A stretch of DNA of 64,000 nucleotides from Verrucomicrobiota bacterium (GCA_025350905.1 JANXWY010000096.1:1919-65918); one strand, 5' to 3'; positions 26,862 to 35,686 are shown, counted from the first letter of the stretch. A program made the numbers and translations. The notes: generated by a model from the letters alone, not told the origin.

Positions 26862-27167
26862 ATGAACCTGGAACCACTGCAACAAAAACTGCTGGCCGCC
26901 GCCCGGGCCCATCCGCCCGCTGACCATGTGCCGTATGCGTTCGAGAAGCGGATCCGGGCGCACCTTTCCGCTTTGCCGCCTGTCGACCTCGCCGCGCTTT
27001 GGGCACGGGCGCTCTGGCGCGCGGCGGTCCCCTGTGTCGCCTTCACGCTCCTGCTGGCTACTTGGTCATTCGCCCCCGTGCCCGTGTCGCCCACGACCGA
27101 AGACCTTTCCCAGCAATTCGAGCAAACCTTGTTGGCGGCAGCGGATCAACTGGAGGAAAGTTGGTGA
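26862..27167 (+). CDS. Putative single-pass anti-sigma factor
   Basis: Positioned directly after the ECF sigma gene. One TM helix 'AAVPCVAFTLLLATWSF'. No recognisable motif beyond context. Confidence 0.45.
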   Translation: MNLEPLQQKLLAAARAHPPADHVPYAFEKRIRAHLSALPPVDLAALWARALWRAAVPCVAFTLLLATWSFAPVPVSPTTEDLSQQFEQTLLAAADQLEESW

Positions 27168-27763
27168 ATGGTTGGAAAATTATCTGCGCGACGTTGGTCA
27201 TATTCATCACCGGCATCATCACTGGCGCCTCCCTGGTCCGCTTCGCCGAGCGCGGGCCAAAACCGTGGCAACGGCTCCCCAAATCCGGGGGCAACCTCTC
27301 GTCCGCGACGAACGCCGGCCATTCCAACAATCCGGCACCGCCCAGCGACCCACGCCCGACGAGTGCCGCCGGGTCCGGCGCGCTGCTCTTCAACCGGGAA
27401 TTTGTTCAGGTGCTCGCCCGCCAGTTGCGCCTCACCTCCGAACAGCGCGAGCGGGTTGACCAGATCATGGCGGAGGGCCAGGAACGCATGCGCGAACTGC
27501 GCGCGAGCCTGGAACCGCAAACCCGGAAGCAAATGTTGGAAACGCGGGACCAAATTCACGCCCTCCTGACGCCGGCGCAGCGCGAGCAGTTTGAGGAGTT
27601 GATGAAGAAGCGATCCACCCGCCGGAGCGATGGGCCGACCCAACCGCAACGCGAGCGACGGTTGCACGATCAGCCCAAATCGACACCGACGCACGATGCG
27701 CCCCCGGGCGGGGAGCCGAGCGCGCCTGCCGCACCTCGCAGCCCACCCGCGCCGATGCCGTGA
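27164..27763 (+). CDS. Periplasmic Spy/CpxP-family (LTXXQ) protein
   Basis: GTG at 27164 after ggagga. TM/signal 'ICATLVIFITGIITGASLV'. Two LTxxQ motifs ('LRLTSEQRERV', 'LLTPAQREQFEEL'). Confidence 0.65.
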   Translation: MNGWKIICATLVIFITGIITGASLVRFAERGPKPWQRLPKSGGNLSSATNAGHSNNPAPPSDPRPTSAAGSGALLFNREFVQVLARQLRLTSEQRERVDQIMAEGQERMRELRASLEPQTRKQMLETRDQIHALLTPAQREQFEELMKKRSTRRSDGPTQPQRERRLHDQPKSTPTHDAPPGGEPSAPAAPRSPPAPMP

Positions 27764-27954
27764 ATCCCAATCCGCGGACAAGCCTGAATCCCCCTTTGCC
27801 GGCGCATGCCGAAACCGACTCGCCGACGTTGAACCTCAACGACCCCGAGCCTTGGCGATGGTGTCTGCAGTGCGGCCATGAATTGCACAATGAGAAATGC
27901 AAACTGCGCTGTCCGCGCTGTCACTACTTTATGAGTTGCTCGGACTTCGACTAA
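27760..27954 (+). CDS. Small zinc-ribbon protein (hypothetical)
   Basis: GTGA overlap with the upstream stop. 'CLQCGHELHNEKCKLRCPRCH' has two CxxC pairs. Confidence 0.35.
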   Translation: MNPNPRTSLNPPLPAHAETDSPTLNLNDPEPWRWCLQCGHELHNEKCKLRCPRCHYFMSCSDFD

Positions 27955-27987
27955 ACTGCGGGCCCAGCTACTGCGGAGCGGCGATCC

Positions 27988-28827
27988 CTATTTTTCCGAA
28001 ATCCGCTCCACCCGTAAATCGTCAAACCACACCGCGGTACCTGCAAAGGGACTCCCCAGCACGGACGCGCGGCCGGCCACAGGCTCCTCCTTTTCGTCGA
28101 ACGTAACCGTCCACGTCTTCGGCTCCGCGGCGCCAGGCGCCCAAGCCTTGCCTTGAATCTTCCACTCATCCGCCTTGAGTTTGTGGATCTGCAGTCGCAG
28201 TTGCGTCCACGTGCCCGATTGCCAATCAAACGCCACACTGGTTTTCACTTCCTGATCCTTTAGCAATTCCAGCGATTTCTTTCCCGGTGCGACTTGCAGC
28301 TTGTAACCCGCCACCCCGCCCAACCCCACGCCGAAGGTCGGCGTGCGTCGGCCCTTCGCCGTGCTGAGAATCCTGGCGCTCACCGCCACCTCGGCGCTCT
28401 CGGTCGGACCGAACTGCACCGCAAAACTATCGAGAGGTGAGCCCGGCAATTCGAGGAATTGGTTGGTGCCATCCCTTTTCACCGTAAAGTCGCCGGCCAG
28501 CGCCATGAATTCGTCCGGAAGTTTGCCCGCTTCCGCCTGTTCAAAATTATTCTCGTACAGCGCGGCGGCCCGGGCCGGTTCGGGCTGGCCGGCTGTGATT
28601 TTGTCCCGGTTCAGACTGGCCGTTATCCATTTTGCCAGAGTCGAACTGCCGTGACCATAACCGGCTGGTAATTCAACATAATCCTGCGTCTGAATCTCCG
28701 GTGGGCTACCCCATTGAACGGGAAACGGCGCCGCGACCTGCGCCCGAAGCAAACTCAGTGACAGGCCAAAAACGGCCAGCATCACGGCATAGACTTTAAA
28801 ATTAAATCCGTGGTTTTGGGTTATCAT
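27988..28827 (-). CDS. Secreted hypothetical protein (possible jelly-roll/LamG- or DUF1080-like fold)
   Basis: Signal peptide 'VYAVMLAVFGLSLSLLRA'. Beta-rich C-terminal half ending 'AVWFDDLRVERI'. 11 nt downstream of the ABC permease gene. Confidence 0.5.
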   Translation of the reverse strand: MITQNHGFNFKVYAVMLAVFGLSLSLLRAQVAAPFPVQWGSPPEIQTQDYVELPAGYGHGSSTLAKWITASLNRDKITAGQPEPARAAALYENNFEQAEAGKLPDEFMALAGDFTVKRDGTNQFLELPGSPLDSFAVQFGPTESAEVAVSARILSTAKGRRTPTFGVGLGGVAGYKLQVAPGKKSLELLKDQEVKTSVAFDWQSGTWTQLRLQIHKLKADEWKIQGKAWAPGAAEPKTWTVTFDEKEEPVAGRASVLGSPFAGTAVWFDDLRVERISEK

Positions 28828-28838
28828 CGTCGTTCCAG

Positions 28839-31800
28839 TTATTCATTTCGCAATGCCGCCAGCAAATCCCCGCGGAGCGCCAGTCGCGTGGCCGCCCACG
28901 TCCACACCGCGCCATTCACCAGCACCGCCGCCAGGGTCAACGCGAGGGACGCGTAGGGCAGCGGGACCGTCGCCGAAAATAGCGCCGGCAACACGGCCAC
29001 CGCCGCCGCCAAGACACCGAGCGCCAGCCCGACCACCAGCAACGTGCCATTCTCGATCAGCAACAGCCGTTGCAAGGTCCGTTTGCGGAAGCCCACCGCC
29101 AGCAACACCGCCAGTTCCCCACGGCGTTCCAAAACATTTCGCAACACCACGATGCCCAGCCCCACGCTGCCGAGCAGCAAGCCGAGCCCCCCCAATACCT
29201 GGAACGTTCCCAAATAGGTATTCTGGACCGCGTTGAACTGGTCGAGGCGTTGCCGGGCTGGCGTCAGCTCCAAACCCACATCCTGCATTGCACGCGAGAG
29301 CGTGGCTGACACCTGCGACACGGTGTTCGACGGCGCATCCACCAGAAACATTCGATACCCGCTCGCGCCCGGAAACCGCTTCACGAACTCGGCCTCGTCA
29401 ATAATAAGTTGTCCCTGCAAAATCGAATTCGCCACCGCGCCGACGATACGCACCTTAAACGGCTGCCCGCGCTCATCCACGTAATCAATCGTGTCGCCGA
29501 CCTTTTTGTGCATCGCCCATTGGATCGAGTTTGCGTCGCCAATGGCAGGAACTTCGATCACCTCCGTGGCAGCCGACGTAAGGAGGCTCGGATCCATTTC
29601 GGATTTCGGATTTCGGATTTCGGGTTTGATAAATCGAGCCTCCTCACGTCGGCTGCTACGGAGAGATGGCCAACCTTCGCCCTTGGCGAACGTGAATCTA
29701 CCCGCCAGATGTTCCGGCTTCACCCCCAGCAAGCGTGGCCTTTGGGCAGCATTCAAATTCAAGCAGCTCGCCTCGTCGCCCTCTCGGACGCGGAACGGCA
29801 CGAAGTTCACTCCCGCAAGTGCGCCCTCGTTCAAAGCAAAGAACTCCCGCCCCGACTTGGAATTCAAATCCTGCACCACCGGCATCGTCGTTTCACCGAT
29901 CAGCGAGAACCCACCCGTACCGGAGCTGGGTTTCGTCGCATCGTGATTTGCATCCAAACGGAACACGCCGATGGACACGATAAGAAAACAGCCGCACGCC
30001 AGCATCGCCACGGTCCCCAGACTGCGCTTCCGCCGGCGCGCGCATCCGCGAACGGCAAGGGAAGTCAGTGTCATCGGAGCGTGGGTCTCCGACTCGGCGC
30101 GTTTCGGCGATTCAACCCGGCGCGCCGGGTCGGAGACCGACGCTCCGCTCAGCTGGAGCAGCCAGCCACTCGCGAAGCCCAACCCAGCCACAAGCACCAA
30201 CGCACCGGCGCCGAAGAAAATCCCGGCGTTCGCCGTCTCGCCTTTCACCACCGCCCAACCCGCCAGCCCCACGCCCGCCAATAAAGCTCCGACCGCGATG
30301 ACTTTAGACTTCAGACTTTTGACCTTTGTCTCAGTCGTGCCAATTTCTCCGACCAGCAATTCCCGCGCTGGCCGTTTCACAAACTTCCGCAACGTCACCC
30401 AGATCGAGACGACAGACACCATCACGCTCGCGAACAAGCCGATGGCCAACGTCTGTGCCGTAACATGAAAGCTCAGCGCCGACGGGCCCACGGCATCGCG
30501 CCAGATCGTGGTTAATCCGTGTAGCATCGCCTTCGCGTAGGCCAGTCCGCCGAGGGCGCCGATCACGCCGCCGAGAAACGCCAGCGCCACGCCTTCCCGC
30601 AACAACAGCGACCGCACCTGCTTTGGCGTGAAGCCCAACGCGAGCAGTGTGCCAACCTCCGGCGCGCGTTGTTCGAGACCAAGCGAGAATAACAACGCCA
30701 TCAGCAACAGCGCCGCCCCGATCACGAAGAAGCTAAAGCCAAGAAACAGCCCGCCGAAGTCCTGCGATTCCGCCGCCGCCTTGAGCGCCTGCTCCCGCAC
30801 CGGCTCGAAGCGCAGTCCGAGTTCCTCTGGCTTGAGATTGGCGAGGATTTTTTTCTCCAATGCTTCCTTGTAGAAGACGACGTGAGGAGACTCAAATTGA
30901 TTGGTTTGTGTGGCACGCTCGCCCTCACCCTGACCCGCTCCCCCGAGGAGAGGGGAAAGCTGTTGGTCACCTCCTGGTTTCTGCGAAGCTGTCGAGTTGT
31001 CAGCAGTCTTTGGATCGCTCTGTGAGTGAGGCCGATTCTCCCTCTCCCCGGGGGAGAGGGCCGGGGTGAGGGCGGTCGCGGCATTGGTCGGAATCGGAAA
31101 CCGGATCGCGGTTACATTGCCAAACCGATTTCCCCACATCTTCTGTCCGGCGGCGAGCGTGATGAAGGCCTTGGGCGTTCCCCGATATTGCTTCCAATAC
31201 GCATCGTCTTTGGGCCGGGGGTTGTACGTGAGCGGAAAGCCCGCGTCCCATTCACTCGTGCTCTCGGCCTTTTCAATGCCGGGAAAATCCGGCATTAGCG
31301 AGCGATCCGCCCACGGCATTTCCATCGGCACGATGGCACGGACACGGAAGGTGTTCGTCGCTTCGGTCAGCTTCGCGCCGGACTCGGGCAGGAAATAGCT
31401 CATCGCGATTTCATCGCCCGGCTTCAAGTGCAAATCATCCGCGAGCCATTCGCTTACGAGAATCTCCTCCTCACGCATGTCGGCCGGCGTCCACGGCGTC
31501 CCAACAGCAGTGACCATTGAGTACGGCGTGGCGTTTGTTCCGGCGCGGAGTAACGTAGCGAGATAGGTGAGGATGGGTTGAGCGTTGGTGGCAGCGGCGA
31601 GAGCGGAGACTACGATGCGTTGCTCCAAGAACACACGACCACTGCGGAGTTCTAAATAACGATCTGGATATCCGTGAGCCAAATACACTTGTAGGTCGTC
31701 CAAACGCCAAGACTCGCTGATGCGCTGGGTCAGTCTGATTGGAGGAATCTCAATCTGACGGTAAAGTTCAGGGTAAAGCCAATCAGGAATGGGGATTAGC

Positions 31801-32612
31801 TTACGGACTCTGTAAACCAGATTCCACAGACTGCGGCGTAGATCAGAGGGAAGTTCTACTCTGGCAACTGCGGCTAGCACATTTGCGGACTCTCTCGCGC
31901 CGGAGATTTCCCCGAGTTTCGAGAGTGACATGAATGCATTCAGGGCTTGGGACTGTCCCGGTCGTGTGGAGAAATCCCCCAATGTTTCTTCTCCAGCAAT
32001 GCCCTCCACGCGCAGCCTGACGCTCGAATGAGCGTTGTTTTTCGGCGAAATAGCCGCTTCCGGTGAAAAATCGGTCGCCTTGGCAACTCGCAGGATAACC
32101 TCGTCGCCCACGCTCACGCCGAGTTTACTCGCAAGTCTTTGATTCAGGATCACCGACGATTCGACACCCCACGGTTCGCCTATTTCCCGTAACTCATCTA
32201 ACTCCGGTGGCCGGTGCTTCAAGAAAAGGCCCGCAAACAGGGCGTCACAACCAATCAGATTGATCTGATTTACACGCGAGCTGCCATCGGTCCGTGCAAT
32301 GATCGCGTTTGCGCTGAGCAACGGATAAGTGACTGCGCTGTCGTTAGTGTTGGATGTGGAGCGACCGGGAGTGGCTTTGCCAGACAGGACGATTGCGAGT
32401 TCGGTCTTAAAGAAACGGTCTCCACCATCCAGCACCGCGCGAAACGGACCCAGTTGATTCAAAACCCGCTCCCGCAAACTTTCCCGTACCGAATCTCCCA
32501 CCACCAGCGCGCCAATGAGCGCCGCGCTGCCCATCGCCGCTCCCAGCATTACGCCCAGATGCGAGCGCCAGTGGAAACGCAGACTGCGGCGGATGAGCGT
32601 CTGGAAAGTCAT
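28839..32612 (-). CDS. ABC transporter permease with two FtsX/MacB-type modules (1257 aa)
   Basis: N-terminal TM plus a large periplasmic domain, repeated twice. FtsX-like helices ('LFLGFSFFVIGAALLLMALLF', 'VLGGLGLLLGSVGLGIVVL'). Adjacent to a MacB/LolD-type ATPase. Carries three repeat insertions. Confidence 0.8.
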   Translation of the reverse strand: MTFQTLIRRSLRFHWRSHLGVMLGAAMGSAALIGALVVGDSVRESLRERVLNQLGPFRAVLDGGDRFFKTELAIVLSGKATPGRSTSNTNDSAVTYPLLSANAIIARTDGSSRVNQINLIGCDALFAGLFLKHRPPELDELREIGEPWGVESSVILNQRLASKLGVSVGDEVILRVAKATDFSPEAAISPKNNAHSSVRLRVEGIAGEETLGDFSTRPGQSQALNAFMSLSKLGEISGARESANVLAAVARVELPSDLRRSLWNLVYRVRKLIPIPDWLYPELYRQIEIPPIRLTQRISESWRLDDLQVYLAHGYPDRYLELRSGRVFLEQRIVVSALAAATNAQPILTYLATLLRAGTNATPYSMVTAVGTPWTPADMREEEILVSEWLADDLHLKPGDEIAMSYFLPESGAKLTEATNTFRVRAIVPMEMPWADRSLMPDFPGIEKAESTSEWDAGFPLTYNPRPKDDAYWKQYRGTPKAFITLAAGQKMWGNRFGNVTAIRFPIPTNAATALTPALSPGERENRPHSQSDPKTADNSTASQKPGGDQQLSPLLGGAGQGEGERATQTNQFESPHVVFYKEALEKKILANLKPEELGLRFEPVREQALKAAAESQDFGGLFLGFSFFVIGAALLLMALLFSLGLEQRAPEVGTLLALGFTPKQVRSLLLREGVALAFLGGVIGALGGLAYAKAMLHGLTTIWRDAVGPSALSFHVTAQTLAIGLFASVMVSVVSIWVTLRKFVKRPARELLVGEIGTTETKVKSLKSKVIAVGALLAGVGLAGWAVVKGETANAGIFFGAGALVLVAGLGFASGWLLQLSGASVSDPARRVESPKRAESETHAPMTLTSLAVRGCARRRKRSLGTVAMLACGCFLIVSIGVFRLDANHDATKPSSGTGGFSLIGETTMPVVQDLNSKSGREFFALNEGALAGVNFVPFRVREGDEASCLNLNAAQRPRLLGVKPEHLAGRFTFAKGEGWPSLRSSRREEARFIKPEIRNPKSEMDPSLLTSAATEVIEVPAIGDANSIQWAMHKKVGDTIDYVDERGQPFKVRIVGAVANSILQGQLIIDEAEFVKRFPGASGYRMFLVDAPSNTVSQVSATLSRAMQDVGLELTPARQRLDQFNAVQNTYLGTFQVLGGLGLLLGSVGLGIVVLRNVLERRGELAVLLAVGFRKRTLQRLLLIENGTLLVVGLALGVLAAAVAVLPALFSATVPLPYASLALTLAAVLVNGAVWTWAATRLALRGDLLAALRNE
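29562..29663. repeat. Palindromic repeat element with internal heptamer tract (intragenic full copy)
   Basis: Arms of ~29 nt (ctccgtggcagccgacgtaaggaggctcg / cgagcctcctcacgtcggctgctacggag), 1 mismatch + 1 wobble. The loop holds atttcgg x4 (29596-29623). Confidence 0.85.
30870..30893. repeat. Solo arm of the palindromic repeat family (intragenic)
   Basis: gtagaagacgacgtgaggagactc is closely similar to the arm at 14191-14212 and to the complement of 14257-14280. Confidence 0.65.
30921..31073. repeat. 'GEG' compound palindromic repeat element (second intragenic copy)
   Basis: Ends gccctcaccc (30921-30930) / gggtgagggc (31064-31073). Intact core ccctctcccc-g-ggggagaggg at 31040-31060, plus a degenerate core near 30935-30955. 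Confidence 0.8.
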
Positions 32613-32664
32613 TTGAACGCGGAGTGCGGAATGTGGAATACGGAATTGTTAGTCATGCCATCTT

Positions 32665-33417
32665 CTATTCTCCGTCCGAGACCAGTTTGCCGTCTTCGAT
32701 CCGCAACACCCGGCCCATCCGCTTGGCCAGATCCAGCGCGTGTGTCACAACGATCAACGTCACACCTTCCTCGCGGTTTAACTCGACGAGCAACTGGCCG
32801 AGCGCGGTCGCGGCGGCATGATCGAGCGCGCCGGTGGGTTCGTCGGCGAGCAGGACTTGCGGTTGGTTGATGAGTGCTCGAACTACGGCGACGCGCTGAC
32901 GTTCACCGCCGCTCAACTGGCCGGGGCGATGGTGTAATCGCTCGCCCAGCCCGACACGTTTGAGCAGGCGTTCGGCGCGGGCTTCATTTGTTTCCGTAGC
33001 GGCCGAGGTCGCGAGGCTCTGACTGCCTTCAGCCTTCAGCCTTCGGCCTTCGGCCTTCGCACATGCCAACGTTGGCACCAGAACATTTTCCATGACCGTG
33101 CATTGTGGCAGGAGGTAGTGGGCTTGAAAAATAAAGCCGACCTGTCGATTGCGGACTTCGGCCAGTTGCAGATCGTCGAGTTGGGCGAGGTCCCGGCCGT
33201 CGAGCAGTACGGTGCCGCTCGTGGGCCGATCGAGGGTGCCGATGATTTGCAACAGCGTACTTTTGCCGGAGCCAGACGGGCCGACGAGGGCGAGGGTTTC
33301 ACCGCGCGCGACTTCGAGCGTAACGGCCCGCAGTACGTCGACACCCGCCACTTCCCCGGCGGCGGCATAGCGCTTGGTTACGTTGGTAAGTTGCAACAAG
33401 GCTCCGGTCACTTGCAT
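32665..33417 (-). CDS. ABC transporter ATP-binding protein (MacB/LolD type)
   Basis: ATG at 33417. Walker A 'GPSGSGKST', signature 'LSGGERQRV', Walker B 'LLADEPT', H-loop 'VVTHA'. The upstream part of the track ORF has no support. Confidence 0.9.
   Translation of the reverse strand: MQVTGALLQLTNVTKRYAAAGEVAGVDVLRAVTLEVARGETLALVGPSGSGKSTLLQIIGTLDRPTSGTVLLDGRDLAQLDDLQLAEVRNRQVGFIFQAHYLLPQCTVMENVLVPTLACAKAEGRRLKAEGSQSLATSAATETNEARAERLLKRVGLGERLHHRPGQLSGGERQRVAVVRALINQPQVLLADEPTGALDHAAATALGQLLVELNREEGVTLIVVTHALDLAKRMGRVLRIEDGKLVSDGE
32996..33060. repeat. Half palindrome arm + heptamer tract inside the ABC ATPase gene
   Basis: Arm gtagcggccgaggtcgcgaggctc (32996-33019), then ccttc[ag]g x5 (33026-33060). 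Translated as 'KAEGRRLKAEGSQSLATSAAT'. Confidence 0.8.
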
Positions 33418-33757
33418 TCTTGGATGGTTGCGGCAAATGACCGGGAGAAACAGGATATTTTTACGACGTTTATTTCCCGAATGACTGCCGGCGACCGGTG
33501 ATCGGAATTCCAATGCTCGATTCCGGAATTTGGCGGTCCGTTGAATATAAGACACCCCTTGTCTCATTGGCTGCCGGAGGCTGGGCCAGACGACCGCTGC
33601 TAGGGGGGAGGAAAAGCGCCCGGTTGGCCTCTTTGTGCCGGCATAGGTGAACCTGGTGACGCAGGATTTGCCTTCCGGCACCCGACTGGCACGGCATTGG
33701 CTTAACGGGGGACAAGTGCGACGTTTTACCAATGAACCATTAACCGAAGGTAATGAC

Positions 33758-34483
33758 ATGACGAAATCGAGATTCGACATAGTGACGGTGGGTGTTCTGC
33801 TGTGTGGCTTGGCCGTGAGCGGCGCGCCAACCGCCAAGGCGGCCGACACGGCCGAAGAAGCCCCGGCCTATCACCCGTTCACTGCGGGTGCTGAAGTGGG
33901 TACGCCTGGCTTTGGTGGTTCGGCGAGTTGGCGCTTCTCCGATCACTTTGGCGCCCGCGCCGGCATGAGCTATTTCAGTTATTCCAAAACGGGAAATGAA
34001 ATCGATGGCATCAAATACAACACGGATCTTCGCCTGATGTCCGAACCACTCGGCGTGGATATTTATCCGTGGACCAAAAGTTCTTTTCGCATCACGGTGG
34101 GAATTCTTTTGAATCAGAATGAGCTGACCGGCGTGGCCCCGAAGGATCCGGTGGCAGGTCGAACCTTTGTCGAGATTGGTTCTTCCGGCACTTCGTATGA
34201 TTCTGCGTCGATTGGTGACTTAAACCTCAACATCAAGCAACAGCCGATTTCACCGTACCTTTCCATCGGGGCCAGTTACTATTTCGACAAGGCCAAGCAT
34301 TGGTCGCTGAGCGGCGAACTCGGTGTGGCTTACACCGGCAACCCCGAAGTCACCCTCACGACGGGCGTTCCGAACGCCGTGCCGCAACAAGATCTGAATG
34401 CCGAAGCCAAACAGATTGAAGACACGGCCTCGAAGTACAAATTTTTCCCGATTCTCCGGATTGGCGTGAACTATTCCTTCTAA
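33758..34483 (+). CDS. Outer-membrane beta-barrel protein
   Basis: ATG at 33758. Signal peptide ending 'APTAKA'. Alternating beta-strand pattern and C-terminal 'LRIGVNYSF'. Confidence 0.7.
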   Translation: MTKSRFDIVTVGVLLCGLAVSGAPTAKAADTAEEAPAYHPFTAGAEVGTPGFGGSASWRFSDHFGARAGMSYFSYSKTGNEIDGIKYNTDLRLMSEPLGVDIYPWTKSSFRITVGILLNQNELTGVAPKDPVAGRTFVEIGSSGTSYDSASIGDLNLNIKQQPISPYLSIGASYYFDKAKHWSLSGELGVAYTGNPEVTLTTGVPNAVPQQDLNAEAKQIEDTASKYKFFPILRIGVNYSF

Positions 34484-34554
34484 CTTTATTCACCGTACCC
34501 CCACCAGGGGCCTCGTTCGCAGGTTGCGGCGGGGCCCTTTTTCTTGTCCATCAT

Positions 34555-35388
34555 TCACGCCGGCCGGCCAAGAATCGAGCCCCGCAAATCTTCCCATATC
34601 CGCTTCCAATTGCGTGTCGGGTAACGAGCCGTGAAACGTTTCAACTGGAAGGGAGAATCGCCAGGCAAATTTAGACCGGCAGCCGTGGTGCAAGCGGTCC
34701 GGTAGCCGGCGGCGGCCACCATATCGCACACGGTGGAATTCCAGTCACCGTAGGGATAACAAAAGTGATTGATGGGCACCCCAAAGAGGTCTTCCAGCTT
34801 TTTCTTGCTCGCGCCAATCTGTTCCCGCGCTGTGGCCGGCGAAATCCGCGTCAGGTATGGGTGGTCGAGCGTGTGCGAACCGATTTGATGGCCCGCGGCG
34901 AGCCATGCGCGGACTTGCCGGACGTCCATAATGGCTTCGGGCGCTTCCCCCAGCGCCACGTCCCATTCGTTGCAGCGGCCCAACCGGTTGGCCGGCAAAA
35001 ATTGGATCGCCCGGAAACCGGTGGCCGCGAGCGGGGCCAGGGCGTGCCGCAACACGTTCACGTAACCGTCATCGAAAGTCACCACGATGCGCCGCGCCCG
35101 CGCAGGATCGGCGTAATCGTTCAGGTCACCACTGGTAAATCCGGCGGCCTGGAGTTCGGTGAGTTGCTGCCGAAACATTCCGGCGCTCAAGTAAAGTCCC
35201 TTGAGCCGGACCCGGCGCGGGCGCGGGCCCAGCTTGTGATAGGTAAGGATGGGATTGCCCTGCTCGAACCGCTCGCGAAACCGCGGGAGCGAACTGTAGT
35301 AACCAAGCGGAAGCAGGTTTGTGTCTCCGGGACGGATTGGCGGCTCAAGGTCCATTTGCAAACGCGACCAGACTAGCCATCCGCCCAA
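34555..35388 (-). CDS. Polysaccharide deacetylase (carbohydrate esterase family 4)
   Basis: 'IVVTFDDGY', 'GSHTLDHPYL', 'FCYPYGDW'. Track start is TTG (35388); an in-frame ATG is at 35355. Confidence 0.85.
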   Translation of the reverse strand: MGGWLVWSRLQMDLEPPIRPGDTNLLPLGYYSSLPRFRERFEQGNPILTYHKLGPRPRRVRLKGLYLSAGMFRQQLTELQAAGFTSGDLNDYADPARARRIVVTFDDGYVNVLRHALAPLAATGFRAIQFLPANRLGRCNEWDVALGEAPEAIMDVRQVRAWLAAGHQIGSHTLDHPYLTRISPATAREQIGASKKKLEDLFGVPINHFCYPYGDWNSTVCDMVAAAGYRTACTTAAGLNLPGDSPFQLKRFTARYPTRNWKRIWEDLRGSILGRPA

Positions 35389-35644
35389 TCATGTCGAGCA
35401 AGGTGTCGGGCCGGGGCAAATCAACCGGCGGGTTGGATTTCGTAATGGGCGCGGTCGCAGACGGCCCGGAAATTGATCGCCTCCATCGGATCGGGCCAAC
35501 CTCTGACCTTGGCCCTCGCCCTCGCTGATGGGAGAAGCGAGGCGGCGCGGGGTTGGCCGGAACGAAGTTTGTCGTTGGCGGTGACAGGCATGCCTCGCTT
35601 GAGGCCAGGCAGCGGATTTCCAATGCGGCTATTCTTTTCAATGT

Positions 35645-35686
35645 GGCGGGAAACCTTCTGCCCTACCATGCGGAAGGTTTCCCGCC
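35645..35686. promoter_or_regulatory. Perfect 14-bp inverted repeat (operator or 5'-UTR hairpin) upstream of the RraA-like gene
   Basis: ggcgggaaaccttc (35645-35658) / gaaggtttcccgcc (35673-35686) with a 14-nt spacer, ~38 nt before the ATG at 35724, in a divergent intergenic region. Confidence 0.45.

Noticed and set aside
26999-27163. Upstream part of the 254-aa ORF overlapping the putative anti-sigma gene in another frame
   Set aside because: The credible protein starts at GTG 27164, preceded by ggagga, with a TM/signal segment. The upstream part is Arg/Pro-rich and overlaps a better-supported ORF.
29596-33060. Whether the short tandem repeats and palindromes could be a CRISPR array
   Set aside because: The units are 7 nt or are single palindromes, not 25-40-nt repeats separated by unique spacers. 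They lie inside CDSs and no cas genes are present.
32665-33849. N-terminal 144-codon extension of the ABC ATPase ORF (similar extensions occur at 19593-19739, 20690-21052, 12450-12504, 13002-13196 and 38808..39629)
   Set aside because: The extensions overlap neighbouring genes or promoter regions and are compositionally junk. Internal ATGs give canonical N-termini and often ATGA/near-abutting junctions.
34484-34554. Possible bidirectional terminator between the OMP and deacetylase genes (ggggcc...ggggcccttttt)
   Set aside because: The stem is only ~5 bp with imperfect complementarity when read carefully, so it is not strong enough to call.
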